From: Thermodesulfobacteriota bacterium
GTDB lineage: Bacteria > Desulfobacterota_D > UBA1144 > Nemesobacterales > JAJCZQ01
Length of the DNA: 64,000 nt
Assembly: GCA_965203965.1 (NCBI GenBank)
Contig: CBDBDR010000017.1
Span: 378,801-442,800 of the forward strand
Reading direction: 5' to 3'
The position numbers were made by a program, and so were the translations under genes. Positions 14,839 through 25,182 of this stretch are shown piece by piece (within the stretch, counting starts at the first letter, position 1; the number at the start of each line of letters is the position of its first letter). The notes beneath the pieces were generated by a model. That model was not told the DNA's origin, ran no database searches, and worked only from the letters and a program-made list of their open reading frames with translations.

Positions 14839-15909
14839 ATGGTTAATAGAGAAAGAATAGTTGTTGCAATGAGTGGTGGTGTTGATAGCGGAACCACTGC
14901 AGCACTTCTGAAAAACGAAGGATACGACGTGCTTGGGTTAACCATGCAGCTCTGGGATTATGGCGAAGCCGAAGGCGGATGTTGTTCGGCAGATGAGGTT
15001 TGCGACGCAAGACAAGTTGCATATGAAGTCGGCATTCCTCATTACGTTGCAAACTATATGGAGCTTTTCAAAAAGCACGTTTTAAGCGATTTTGTAAGTA
15101 AATATGAAGAAGGGTTTACACCAATACCTTGCATTCTTTGCAATCAGTTTATGAAGTTCAATTTTCTGCTTAAAAGAGCTTTAGAATTTGGAGCAGACTA
15201 CTTAGCCACGGGACATTACGCTATTATAAGCCGTAACGAACAAAATGGTGAATATGAATTGAAAAAAAGCACAGATAAGCACAAAGACCAGTCATACTTT
15301 CTGTTTACTCTAGCGCAGAAAGAGCTTAAACGATTAAAGTTTCCCCTTGGTGATAAAACAAAGCCTGAAGTCAGAAAATTGGCTGGAAAAATGGGATTGA
15401 GAATTGCTGAAAAAACAGAAAGTATGGGATTATGTTTTATAACGGGTGGAAATTACAGGGAATTTTTGGAGCCATATCTGCAAAAGGGAAAAGAAAAGGG
15501 TGAGATGGTCAACACAGAAGGCAAAACAATCGGAGAACATAATGGTATTTCATCCTACACTGTCGGACAGAGAAGAGGATTGGGGTTTGCATCTGGTGAG
15601 CCGATGTATGTTATTAAAATTGACGCGGAAAAAAACAGGGTTATTGTCGGCAGAGAATCTGATCTTTACAGTAGCTCTTTATCTGCTGAAAATCTGTCTT
15701 GGGTTTCAGCACAACCCAGTGGTGAAGTTGAATTAAAAGCTCGAATAAGATACAGGCATGAAGAACAGTCTGCTATTGTCTCCGTAAATGAAGGCAGGGC
15801 AATGGTAAAATTCCATAACCCTCAAAAAGCAATAACACCCGGTCAAGCCATTGTTTTTTACAATGATGACAAGGTAGTAGGGGGTGGCTGGATAAAAAAG
15901 GCATTGTAA
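14839..15909 (+). CDS. mnmA: tRNA 2-thiouridylase
   Basis: AMSGGVDS PP-loop, PCILCN, ATGHY, DQSYFL, TxGQRRGLG, TPGQ; ATG at 14839 preferred over TTG at 14785. Confidence 0.96.
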   Translation: MVNRERIVVAMSGGVDSGTTAALLKNEGYDVLGLTMQLWDYGEAEGGCCSADEVCDARQVAYEVGIPHYVANYMELFKKHVLSDFVSKYEEGFTPIPCILCNQFMKFNFLLKRALEFGADYLATGHYAIISRNEQNGEYELKKSTDKHKDQSYFLFTLAQKELKRLKFPLGDKTKPEVRKLAGKMGLRIAEKTESMGLCFITGGNYREFLEPYLQKGKEKGEMVNTEGKTIGEHNGISSYTVGQRRGLGFASGEPMYVIKIDAEKNRVIVGRESDLYSSSLSAENLSWVSAQPSGEVELKARIRYRHEEQSAIVSVNEGRAMVKFHNPQKAITPGQAIVFYNDDKVVGGGWIKKAL

Positions 15910-15911
15910 AA

Positions 15912-17195
15912 ATGAAAAGAATTTCCGTTGTTACTCTTGGTTGTAAAGTAAATCAATATGATACTGCAGTTATTTTGAATCAGCTATCTGAAGCTAAATA
16001 TAAAAGGAACAGGGATTTTAATGCTCCTGCAGATATTTACGTGATAGACACCTGTACTGTAACGCATAAAGCCGATTCAGAAGCAAGGAATTACATACAC
16101 AGGGCGAAAAAATCCAATCCTAAAGCCGTTGTGATTGTTACAGGGTGTTACGCTCAGGTTTCCTCAGAAGAGCTTGGCAAAATGGAAGGAGTTGATTACA
16201 TAGTTGGAAATTCACACAAATCATCATCTCTCTTAAAAGTCATAAGGGAAGCATCTCCACAGGAAAAACCGAGAGTATATATATCGGATATTTTCAAAGA
16301 GAAAAAAAGAAAATTTGACACACCCGACATAAGTTTTTTCCCCGGTAGGACAAGGGCATTTTTAAAAGTGCAAGACGGTTGTAACTATGCTTGCACTTTT
16401 TGCATTATTCCAAGAGCTAGAGGTAGGTCTCGCAGTCTTGGAATTGAGGAGATTAAATCTCGTATTAAAAATCTGCAATCTCATGGCTACAAGGAAATTG
16501 TTTTAACGGGAATCCATCTTGCAAGTTATGGAAGAGATATTGGAAGTGACCTTTTGACTTTGCTCGAGCAGCTTGAAAAGGAAAAAATTATCGGCAGAAT
16601 CAGGCTCAGCTCGCTTGACCCAGCAGATATAAATAAAGATATGATCAACCTGTGTGCAGGATCTGAGACAATCTGTCCAAGTTTTCATGTATCGCTACAA
16701 AGTGGAGATGAAACTATTTTAAAAAAAATGAAAAGGCGTTATAAGCCATCGGATTTTATCGGATGCACCGACTATATCAGAAAAAAGATTCCCGATGCTT
16801 CCATTGGCACTGATGTAATGGTAGGTTTTCCATCCGAAAGTGAGCAGTGTTTCAATAACACTTACAATTTGATGAATGAGTCGGAGCTTACTTATTTTCA
16901 CGTATTTCCCTACTCAATCAGGAAGAACACAGCCGCTACCTTTATGCAGAAACAGATAGAAACGGAAGTAAAAAAGGAAAGGAGCAGGATATTAAGAGAA
17001 CTCGGTTCAAGAAAGAAAATCAGTTTTTACAAAAAATTCACAGGGAAGAAGTTAAATACATTGATTGAAAGTAAATCAAGAGGGACAACTGATAACTATA
17101 TAAACGTCCGCCTTCCAAATGGTAAATATGAAGAAGGGGATGAAGTAATGATCAAAATCCGCAGTGTTGAAGGCGAGCAAGCGATTGGAATTTAA
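15912..17195 (+). CDS. mtaB: tRNA t6A37 methylthiotransferase (radical SAM)
   Basis: TLGCKVNQY, TCTVT, TGCYAQ, CNYACTFC, RGRSRS; HVFPYSxR. Confidence 0.9.
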   Translation: MKRISVVTLGCKVNQYDTAVILNQLSEAKYKRNRDFNAPADIYVIDTCTVTHKADSEARNYIHRAKKSNPKAVVIVTGCYAQVSSEELGKMEGVDYIVGNSHKSSSLLKVIREASPQEKPRVYISDIFKEKKRKFDTPDISFFPGRTRAFLKVQDGCNYACTFCIIPRARGRSRSLGIEEIKSRIKNLQSHGYKEIVLTGIHLASYGRDIGSDLLTLLEQLEKEKIIGRIRLSSLDPADINKDMINLCAGSETICPSFHVSLQSGDETILKKMKRRYKPSDFIGCTDYIRKKIPDASIGTDVMVGFPSESEQCFNNTYNLMNESELTYFHVFPYSIRKNTAATFMQKQIETEVKKERSRILRELGSRKKISFYKKFTGKKLNTLIESKSRGTTDNYINVRLPNGKYEEGDEVMIKIRSVEGEQAIGI

Positions 17196-17238
17196 TAAGT
17201 TTCACTATAATTTTAGTTCAGAAAAGGTTGAACACTAG

Positions 17239-17957
17239 TTGAACAAAGATCTTATAGAAGTTATAAAAACTTACGCAACCGGATCTCATAGAGAATTGAA
17301 CGATTTGTTAATTGACAAGTCAAAGCAGAATACTATCTCAATTCTTGTTGACCTTCTTACTATGTATTACAATGACAAAAACTCCTCAACTTTGAGGGAA
17401 TTTGTAGTTGTATATTTAAGTGGTTTTGAATCAAACCCAAACAAAATTGGATATAATGGCTACAAACACAACAGCATAGGTGAAAAAACTGAATACTGTG
17501 AAGCAAAGCCAAAAAATGTCAATACTAACGACACAAGTCCTAAAAAGTTAAACGGTGGAGGAAATTTTACAGATTATACGTGGGGGAGATTAAAAAAAGA
17601 CAAAAAAAACAACCCAACTATGCTAATAGGTGGATTTATAATGGGCGACTCATTTACATATTTAAATTTCCATTTAGATCACAGAATTTTATTGACAGGA
17701 TTGAACACCAATTAAAAGAAAAGTTTCCTAATGGAGATAGGAGTGGATATTTTTTAAGAAGTGCCTCTTTTAATTTAAAACATTATAAAAACTCTGTTGA
17801 TCTTGAAGTTAAGGTCTTTGTCAGCAAAGAAGAGTTATTAGATTATAGAGGAAGTATTACTAAACCGTTATACTCTTTTATTGAAAAATACACTTCCAAA
17901 AATGCAATTAATGCAAAAACATTTAAACCGCGAAAATCTCAAAAACAGTTTAATTAA
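17239..17957 (+). pseudogene. putative type II restriction endonuclease split by a frameshift (ORFs 17239-17715 and 17580-17957)
   Basis: PD-(D/E)xK-like GYNGYK...CEAKP in the first frame; sequence continues naturally as MLIGGF/xNGRLIYIFKFPF after a -1 shift near 17636-17641; adjacent to an MTase. Confidence 0.55.
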
Positions 17958-18837
17958 AGGCGACACTCTTAAAGTTTTACGAGGTTTGCCAGATGATATA
18001 GTTGATCTTGGGGTAACTTCTCCTCCGTACAACAAGAAAGAAAAGAACAAAGGGTGGCTTGTAAAAAATGTTGTTTATTCCGAGTATGTTGACAAAGTTC
18101 CAGAGGATAAATATCAATCCAATCAAGTTAAAGTTTTAAATGAGATTTATCGTGTAACTAATAAAGGTGGTTCATTTTTTTATAATCATAAGATCAGATG
18201 GGAAGATGGGGAAATGTTTCATCCCATGGATTGGTTGAGAAAAACAGATTGGGTTGTAAAACAAGAAATTGTATGGGATAGAACGATTGCAGCTAATATC
18301 AGAGGTTGGCGATTTTGGCAGGTGGATGAAAGAATTTACTGGTTGTATAAACCTGTAAATTCCAATAAGAAAGGTAAAGAGTTGTTATCAAAAGATGCAA
18401 AACTTACTTCTGTATGGCGTGCCGTTCCTGAGAATAAAAATCCACATCCTGCACCTTTTCCACTTTGGTTACCTGCCAGAATTATAATTTCTCTTATGCA
18501 TGAAAAACAAGGTGTAGATGAAAAACAAAAAGGTCTCGTGTTAGACCCTTATCTTGGAAGTGGAACCACAGCAGTTGCAGCAAAATTACTCGGTTATGAT
18601 TATTTAGGTATAGATATCGGCAAGGAATATATTGATTATGCTGAAAAAAGGATTCTTAATGCAGAAAGTGAAAGAAGTATAGTTAAAAAAGAATTAGAAC
18701 TTCATAAAGTTTTCAAAACTTTTAAAGAAAGAAAACAAAAAGGTGAAAATACGGGGAAGTATACTATTTCGAATAGTTATACTGAAACTGACAGAGAATC
18801 TTTATCTTTGTTTTCACATACAAAAAACAACAGTTAA
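17881..18837 (+). CDS. site-specific amino-DNA methyltransferase, beta class (probably N4-cytosine)
   Basis: Motif IV TSPPY near the N-terminus, HPAPFP, motif I LDPYLGSGTT near the C-terminus; true start may be ATG 17902 or 17911. Confidence 0.92.
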   Translation: MKNTLPKMQLMQKHLNRENLKNSLIKGDTLKVLRGLPDDIVDLGVTSPPYNKKEKNKGWLVKNVVYSEYVDKVPEDKYQSNQVKVLNEIYRVTNKGGSFFYNHKIRWEDGEMFHPMDWLRKTDWVVKQEIVWDRTIAANIRGWRFWQVDERIYWLYKPVNSNKKGKELLSKDAKLTSVWRAVPENKNPHPAPFPLWLPARIIISLMHEKQGVDEKQKGLVLDPYLGSGTTAVAAKLLGYDYLGIDIGKEYIDYAEKRILNAESERSIVKKELELHKVFKTFKERKQKGENTGKYTISNSYTETDRESLSLFSHTKNNS

Positions 18838-18987
18838 TAACTGCAAAATACAAAGCGACCAGAATTATTGTAGTAATAACCCTTAAGAAACTGACAGGGC
18901 TGGAGTTATAAGAGATTTAACCCATTGAATTATTACATGTAAGTTATAAAATGGACTTAGATAACAGCCACATCTGTTCCACACTAG

Positions 18988-19881
18988 TTGATTTATAGAT
19001 TAATGAAATTAAAGATAAACAATTTGATAACAAGATTGATCACTTCCTTTATTGCTGTGCCAATCTTAGTATTTGTCCTTTATCTTGGCGAGATTGTATT
19101 TTTGTTTTTTACATCAGTTTTTATTGTGCTTGCAGTCAAAGAATATTTCGATCTCATTAAAGATCACCCTAAAAAACCTTATTTTTCAGTTGTCCTGATT
19201 TGTTCACTGCTTATAGCTGTGGGGGCTTACAATTCATTTATTACTCTCATGGCATTTTTTACACTAATGATGCTCGTAATTGTAACAACCCGATTAAATT
19301 CAGACGATATACCAGATTTTGTACGCTCAATTGGTGTATCTGTTTTTCCAGTGTTGTATTTTGGATGGTTTTTAAGCCACGGGATTTTGATACGTAATAT
19401 CAGCTTCGACAGCAGTATAATGGAATTTTCAAATAAAGAGCTAGGGCTTCAGGATCCCGGATTTTTCTTTATTCTCATCACCTTTGCCTGTTCTTTTCTT
19501 AGTGATACAGGTGCTTTTTTCGTGGGAAAAAATTTTGGAAAATACAAACTTTCACCGGCTATAAGTCCGAATAAAACAGTTGAAGGAACAATAGGGGGAT
19601 TGCTTGTATCCGTGTTGAGTGCTTTGATGTTCAATGCCTTGTTTTCAAATCCACTTAATTGGCAATGGTGCGTAATTTACGGACTGGTAATTGGAACAGC
19701 AGCCACTCTAGGTGACCTTGTGGAATCTGGACTCAAGAGAGAAGTGGGAGTTAAAGACTCAGGCAATAGTTTCCCGGGACATGGTGGAACTTTGGACAGA
19801 ATAGACAGTTTATTTTTTGTTTTTCCTGTAGTTTACTACCTGACGATTTTTTTCTTTTACATGAAAAGAGATATGTTTTAA
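18988..19881 (+). CDS. cdsA: phosphatidate cytidylyltransferase
   Basis: SDTGAFFVG, ISPNKTVEG, KDSG..FPGHGG.LDRIDS; multi-TM; alternative ATG at 19003. Confidence 0.95.
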   Translation: MIYRLMKLKINNLITRLITSFIAVPILVFVLYLGEIVFLFFTSVFIVLAVKEYFDLIKDHPKKPYFSVVLICSLLIAVGAYNSFITLMAFFTLMMLVIVTTRLNSDDIPDFVRSIGVSVFPVLYFGWFLSHGILIRNISFDSSIMEFSNKELGLQDPGFFFILITFACSFLSDTGAFFVGKNFGKYKLSPAISPNKTVEGTIGGLLVSVLSALMFNALFSNPLNWQWCVIYGLVIGTAATLGDLVESGLKREVGVKDSGNSFPGHGGTLDRIDSLFFVFPVVYYLTIFFFYMKRDMF

Positions 19882-19884
19882 CCA

Positions 19885-22800
19885 TTAAAAATCAAAGTGA
19901 TAAAATATATCCGCTCCTGTATTTTCACCGCCGATTATGCTGTCAACCAGAAATGAATTACTGATACTGTATTCCACTTTTATTTGCTCTTGTAGATTGT
20001 TAGTAATAACAGAGAAATTTCTTTCATATCCAAGATAAAACTTGTCGTTAATAAAGGAACCTACCTTTATTTGTGGTCTTGAAAATCCACTATCTTCACT
20101 GCCTTGTATACTGAGAACGTCTACAATGTTCAAACCAAGTTTAGGCAGAATCGACTCTTTAAACTCTACCATGGCTATATTAGATGCGATTTCCTGTGTA
20201 ACGTTCCTCTGGTCTGAACCGAGTTTGGTATTTGAAGTTCCAAATATAAGGTACGATATCAAGTTTTCCTTACTCAGCGGAGGAGAGCTTGTCAGGTTAA
20301 TGCGAGGCTCTTTTGCAGTCCCGATAATATTTACCAGTATATCTATATTCTGAATTTCATAACTGGCTGTAACGTCAATCTGTGGGTTAAAATCGGTTAT
20401 CGAAGGAAAGTTGATTAAACCCTTTTTCACCTTGAACAACTTTCCAAAAGCTTTGTAGTTGCCTTTATTACTGCTGATGGTTCCAGATATTATGTTATCA
20501 ACTCCATATTCCTTTTGAATGAATAAATTACCTTTTATAGCAATTTTGGCGTTTGCATTAGATACCCATGTGTCGTTTGGTATGCTTAGCTTAAGATTGG
20601 CTGCAAAGTTGTCCTTGTAGTAATTTCCATTCTTATTTGTATTTATTGCTTTTACATCGGTAGTTTTATATTTTACCTCGTCATCATCCATAAAAATAAT
20701 CTCGCCTTTTTCCCCGGTACCCTGTTGATTTTTAACTTCAACACTTAAGTTATTCAGATTCAGTTTTCCATTTGCTTTCATACGTTTCTTTTCACCTGTT
20801 AAGGTAAATTCTCCAGCCAATTTTGTATCAAATATCGGGTGTTTAATGTATAAGTCACTCAATCTGATTTGTGCACGGTATTTTAAGTCGTCCAGGGTTG
20901 CATTTCCCAATATTTCCGCTTTACCATTCTTTGAAGTAATTTCAGTTTTTGGAAGAGTTACAAGGTTATTTTGAAAATTTATCTCTGCACTGTTCAGTAT
21001 CAGTATATTTTCCAGCGGTAAAACTGATATACCAATTTGATTGAGTCGAGCTGTGCCGTTCAATACAGGATTGAGCAATGTGCCACTTATATCTATCTGC
21101 GTTGTTAGATTTCCGTACAGTTCTTTTATTTTAGGATTTAATGCAATCAATAGATCTATGTTCAAGTTGTTAAGTTGCAGCTTCATATTGAGTTTTGAAT
21201 TCATGATTCTATCTGTGTTGTAAAAGTTAATCGGAGCGTGAATTACACCATTAGCAATTGAATAGTTGCCGTCAATATTGCTTTTTTCTTGTAGATCAAA
21301 GGTTGTTTTGTTTTTCGAACCTACAACTTTTACTTTTAAGTTATAGGGTTTTAATCTGTTGATTCGAAAATTTTTAGAAATTACCACTAGTTCTAAAAGG
21401 GGATTGTGAATCTGCCCCTTTAATTTCAATTCCAGATTAATAATTCCATCAATACTTAAGTCATTTAAGATAATGCCAGAAATTAGAGAACAATTAAGAT
21501 CTTTCACCTTGAGCTTCAAATTGGAATTTCCGCCGTTATAGTTCAGAAAACCATCTGCATACAATTCACTTTGTCCGTTTTTCAGTAAAAACGAATCCAG
21601 ATAGATATTGTCGGGAGTTAAAGAGACAGTTAAATTTTTAGTATTATGCAAAAACTGGTTACCGTGGTTCAGTATTAGTTTGTCAATTTCAATTTTTTTG
21701 TTCTTGCCTGTGAAGTTATAAACCGTGAAGTCAGATTTTACTATGCTCTTGTTGCTGGTTTTGCCATTAATTTTAACTTCAAGGTCTTTCGTGGAAGTTT
21801 TTGCAATTAGTTCTAAATCTGTCAGATGCATTTTTCTGTATCTGATTTCCTTCAGATATGAACTCAATCCGAGGCTAAACAATTTATTCTCACGTAATTC
21901 TGTAACCAGTTTGATTTTTCCCTTGTCAAAATAAAACTCATCTGCGTAGTTCAAATCTTTTACTTCCGCATCAAAACTTATTTTTGGATTCTTCCTGTTA
22001 CCTTTCAGTGTGCCGTCTATTTTCACAGAGCCTTCAGTTTTGAGTGGTTTATAGTAAAAATTCAAAAACGTCAGATCGTCAGATTCTGCACTGAAAGCGA
22101 GGTCCATATCCCCATTTTTGCTTCCTTGGTTTTGTACGTGCAGCGAAAAGAAATTTGACGAGATGTCAAGTGAAGTCAGCTTGAGAGTTTGGTCCTCATA
22201 TTTTGAATTTATAATGCCCTTTATAACGGAAAATCCGTTTATTCTGGAATTGTCAAAATTCCCACTGACAGAAATACCCATTTTACTTTTGCTGTTTTTG
22301 TAGGGTATATCACCCGAAATATTGAGTTCTGAATTGAGAAATACTGAATTGCCACCCAATTCCAGGTTTAGAAAAGTAGAAATGGGGAAATTATCCGACT
22401 TGGTTTGCAAACTGAAAGTCAAACGGTCAGAAAAAGCAGATATTTTGCCACCTGCAATTAAAAAATTGTTCTCATCTAATTGCAAGTTTAGACGATTTAT
22501 ATCAAAATCAGCTATAAAATCGCTTTTTTTAGACCACGACCCGCTTACTGTAAACATAGCGTCTGAATTGAAGTTGTCGTTGATATTCAGAAATTTAGAC
22601 TCTCTGGTTATTACTTCTTGCAGGTCTTTCACCGATAAATTGGCAAGGTTTAATTGAAAGTAATATCTATTTAACCCTTTTTTGGTCAACAATCTCTTTA
22701 TGTCAACAAAACCGTCAATGCTTGATTTGCCAAATTCAGAGTTGAGATCTCCATCAATCTCTATTTTTGTCCCTTTCATATGTATATTTTTAAGAGAAGT

Positions 22801-23697
22801 CCATACGTGTTTTTCCCTCAATGTGGAGTCAACAAGTTTTACCTCAGCTTTCGCTTCAATATTGTTTAATTTATGAATTTTGCCTTGAGATTTGATCTCT
22901 GCATTGAAAACACCAATACCGCTTGGTTTATAATTGCTGACAAAAATATCAGTTGTAAAATCAGGTGATTTGAAATTAGCTACAGTGCCTTTTCCTTGTA
23001 TATCAATTCCGTTTATAAAACCATCTAAATTTTCAAAATATAGGTCATGCTTTGTTATACGTGCATCTACTTTCAATTTTCTCGCTTTTAATCCGCCAAT
23101 CTTATTAAAATCAACATTCAGATCATCAGCAGCTAAAATAAACTTTTTCTTGATCCCGATTAGGTCAAGTGTGAACCTTGAATCATAAAACAGAAATTTG
23201 AGGTATCTGTCCCTGAAACTGTCATCAATTGTAAGTTTTGAATTGCTAATCGTAGAATTGATGAGGTAAATGTTTCTTTCTTTTTTCTTCTCATTTTTCT
23301 TTGTTTTCTTTATTTTTCTAAAATTCCAGACACCAGTTTCGCTACGGGTAAGTGTTACTTCGGCACCCTTTATGTGGGTTTTTTGGAGAGATATGTTCCC
23401 ACTGAGAAAAAAAGACAGTAGTGTGGATATGGGAGATTGTAAGGAGATATAATCAACTTTTACAAAATTTTTTCCATCAATCGTAAGCTGAATATCCCTT
23501 AATGTAACGTCAGATGGGATGTTTAACTCTATGCTTCCAACGGTGAATTTCTGATTAATTGAGGAGTTTACTGCTTCGCTTAATGCATTTTTAAGGAATT
23601 TGTTAAAGTGGTCAGTATGGATATACAGCAGAGGTGGAATGATGAGAGTTACAATTAAGAATATAATTATTAGTGATTTATATAAAATATGGCGCAT
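19885..23697 (-). CDS. translocation and assembly module TamB-like (AsmA superfamily) protein
   Basis: N-terminal TM anchor, long beta-rich body, C-terminal G.Y...G..F....G...F...NPxIDV.A...GTAKEPRINLTSSPPL...YLIFG typical of DUF490. Confidence 0.8.
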   Translation of the reverse strand: MRHILYKSLIIIFLIVTLIIPPLLYIHTDHFNKFLKNALSEAVNSSINQKFTVGSIELNIPSDVTLRDIQLTIDGKNFVKVDYISLQSPISTLLSFFLSGNISLQKTHIKGAEVTLTRSETGVWNFRKIKKTKKNEKKKERNIYLINSTISNSKLTIDDSFRDRYLKFLFYDSRFTLDLIGIKKKFILAADDLNVDFNKIGGLKARKLKVDARITKHDLYFENLDGFINGIDIQGKGTVANFKSPDFTTDIFVSNYKPSGIGVFNAEIKSQGKIHKLNNIEAKAEVKLVDSTLREKHVWTSLKNIHMKGTKIEIDGDLNSEFGKSSIDGFVDIKRLLTKKGLNRYYFQLNLANLSVKDLQEVITRESKFLNINDNFNSDAMFTVSGSWSKKSDFIADFDINRLNLQLDENNFLIAGGKISAFSDRLTFSLQTKSDNFPISTFLNLELGGNSVFLNSELNISGDIPYKNSKSKMGISVSGNFDNSRINGFSVIKGIINSKYEDQTLKLTSLDISSNFFSLHVQNQGSKNGDMDLAFSAESDDLTFLNFYYKPLKTEGSVKIDGTLKGNRKNPKISFDAEVKDLNYADEFYFDKGKIKLVTELRENKLFSLGLSSYLKEIRYRKMHLTDLELIAKTSTKDLEVKINGKTSNKSIVKSDFTVYNFTGKNKKIEIDKLILNHGNQFLHNTKNLTVSLTPDNIYLDSFLLKNGQSELYADGFLNYNGGNSNLKLKVKDLNCSLISGIILNDLSIDGIINLELKLKGQIHNPLLELVVISKNFRINRLKPYNLKVKVVGSKNKTTFDLQEKSNIDGNYSIANGVIHAPINFYNTDRIMNSKLNMKLQLNNLNIDLLIALNPKIKELYGNLTTQIDISGTLLNPVLNGTARLNQIGISVLPLENILILNSAEINFQNNLVTLPKTEITSKNGKAEILGNATLDDLKYRAQIRLSDLYIKHPIFDTKLAGEFTLTGEKKRMKANGKLNLNNLSVEVKNQQGTGEKGEIIFMDDDEVKYKTTDVKAINTNKNGNYYKDNFAANLKLSIPNDTWVSNANAKIAIKGNLFIQKEYGVDNIISGTISSNKGNYKAFGKLFKVKKGLINFPSITDFNPQIDVTASYEIQNIDILVNIIGTAKEPRINLTSSPPLSKENLISYLIFGTSNTKLGSDQRNVTQEIASNIAMVEFKESILPKLGLNIVDVLSIQGSEDSGFSRPQIKVGSFINDKFYLGYERNFSVITNNLQEQIKVEYSISNSFLVDSIIGGENTGADIFYHFDF

Positions 23698-23832
23698 GCT
23701 TAAAAAGATTATTTTATAAAATTATAATTTTTCAACAATTTAGATTTTTCACTTTGATTTAAGACGGGTAAAATAAGAAGTTGGTTTTGGAAAGTTTAAG
23801 ACAGTCTATCTCAAATTTACAAATATCAACTG

Positions 23833-25179
23833 ATGCTTAAATTCACTTTAATAATTGTTGTTTGTGTCGTTGGCTATTTAATTATTACCAATCTGCAATT
23901 AGATTGGAACCCTCCTGCTGTGAAACTTACAAGCGATAATGGTTACATAAACCTAAAACCGTATGAAATAATTGTCACGGACGATGGTGAGGGGTTAAAA
24001 AATGTCAGTGTTTACTTAGGCAAAAAGAACAACGAAATACTGATAGAGGAGAGAAAATACCTTCCCGGCCTGAAAAAAGATACAATTCAGCTCGAATTTA
24101 AAAGAAAGAGTATTAAAAAGCATGAGATAGAAGGTGAAGTCCGACTGAGAATAGTTGCTACAGATAACTCAAAACTTAGGTTTTTCAGGGGTAATAAAAC
24201 GACGATTGAAAAAGATCTAATAATTGATCTTACAAAACCAATATTAACTGAACTTTCAAGTTCTCAGTATATAAAACATGGTGGTTCAGGCTTTATAGTT
24301 TATAGAACTTCTGAAGATACAAAGCGAAGCGGTATAAAGTTGGGGGATCACTTTTTTCCCGGTTACGATGGTTATTTTGAGGACTCTCAGATACGTGTCT
24401 GCTTTTTTGCTTACCCCTATAATCTCAGTAATGATCAAAAGCTTTACTTGTACGCAGTTGATGAGGCTGGAAATGAAAGATCAAATTTTGTTTATCATAC
24501 CCTTTTCAAAGCAGTTAATAAGCAAAGCAAATTGAACATAAGCAGAGAATTTATTATGAGAAGAATGTTCCCTTTTGTTGAAGGGGAAATGATTAAATCA
24601 AAGAAAAGTATCAAGGAAATTTTTCTCAGGGTAAATCGTGACATTAGAGGAGAAAATAACAAGCAGATTGAAGAAATAACAAAAAAATCAACGGATAAAA
24701 GATTCTGGAATGGAAAATTCACACAGTTGTCCAATTCAAAGGTTATAGCGAAATTTGCTGATAAAAGGACATACAAAGTTGAGAATGAGATTATAGATAC
24801 GCAGTATCATCTTGGCTATGACCTTTCAGTTACAAAAAGATACCCGGTTGAAGCCTCCAACGACGGCATTGTAGTGTATGCAAATATGATCGGACTTTAT
24901 GGTAATTCTGTGATTATAGACCATGGTTTGGGCATTATGACGCTTTATTCTCATCTAAGTTCAATGTTGGTCCAGGAAGGAGACAATGTAGAGAAGGGGG
25001 ATATTATAGGGAGAACTGGTACTACTGGATTTGCAATTGGTGATCATCTTCATTTTGGCGTATATGTTCATGGCACACCTGTAAGACCACTTGAATGGTG
25101 GGATGCAAGGTGGATTGAGCAAAATATAGATAACAGGATTGAATCTATAAAGTCGGAACAAGGAATGGAAATACAGTAA
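23833..25179 (+). CDS. M23 family metallopeptidase
   Basis: HLGYD, YGNSVIIDHG, YSHL, GDHLHF Zn motifs; N-terminal membrane anchor. Confidence 0.9.
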   Translation: MLKFTLIIVVCVVGYLIITNLQLDWNPPAVKLTSDNGYINLKPYEIIVTDDGEGLKNVSVYLGKKNNEILIEERKYLPGLKKDTIQLEFKRKSIKKHEIEGEVRLRIVATDNSKLRFFRGNKTTIEKDLIIDLTKPILTELSSSQYIKHGGSGFIVYRTSEDTKRSGIKLGDHFFPGYDGYFEDSQIRVCFFAYPYNLSNDQKLYLYAVDEAGNERSNFVYHTLFKAVNKQSKLNISREFIMRRMFPFVEGEMIKSKKSIKEIFLRVNRDIRGENNKQIEEITKKSTDKRFWNGKFTQLSNSKVIAKFADKRTYKVENEIIDTQYHLGYDLSVTKRYPVEASNDGIVVYANMIGLYGNSVIIDHGLGIMTLYSHLSSMLVQEGDNVEKGDIIGRTGTTGFAIGDHLHFGVYVHGTPVRPLEWWDARWIEQNIDNRIESIKSEQGMEIQ

Positions 25180-25182
25180 ACC

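Larger units (their letters stand above)
17232..18991. repeat. 11-bp direct repeat ACACTAGTTGA flanking the R-M module
   Basis: Identical copies at 17232-17242 and 18981-18991. Confidence 0.6.
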
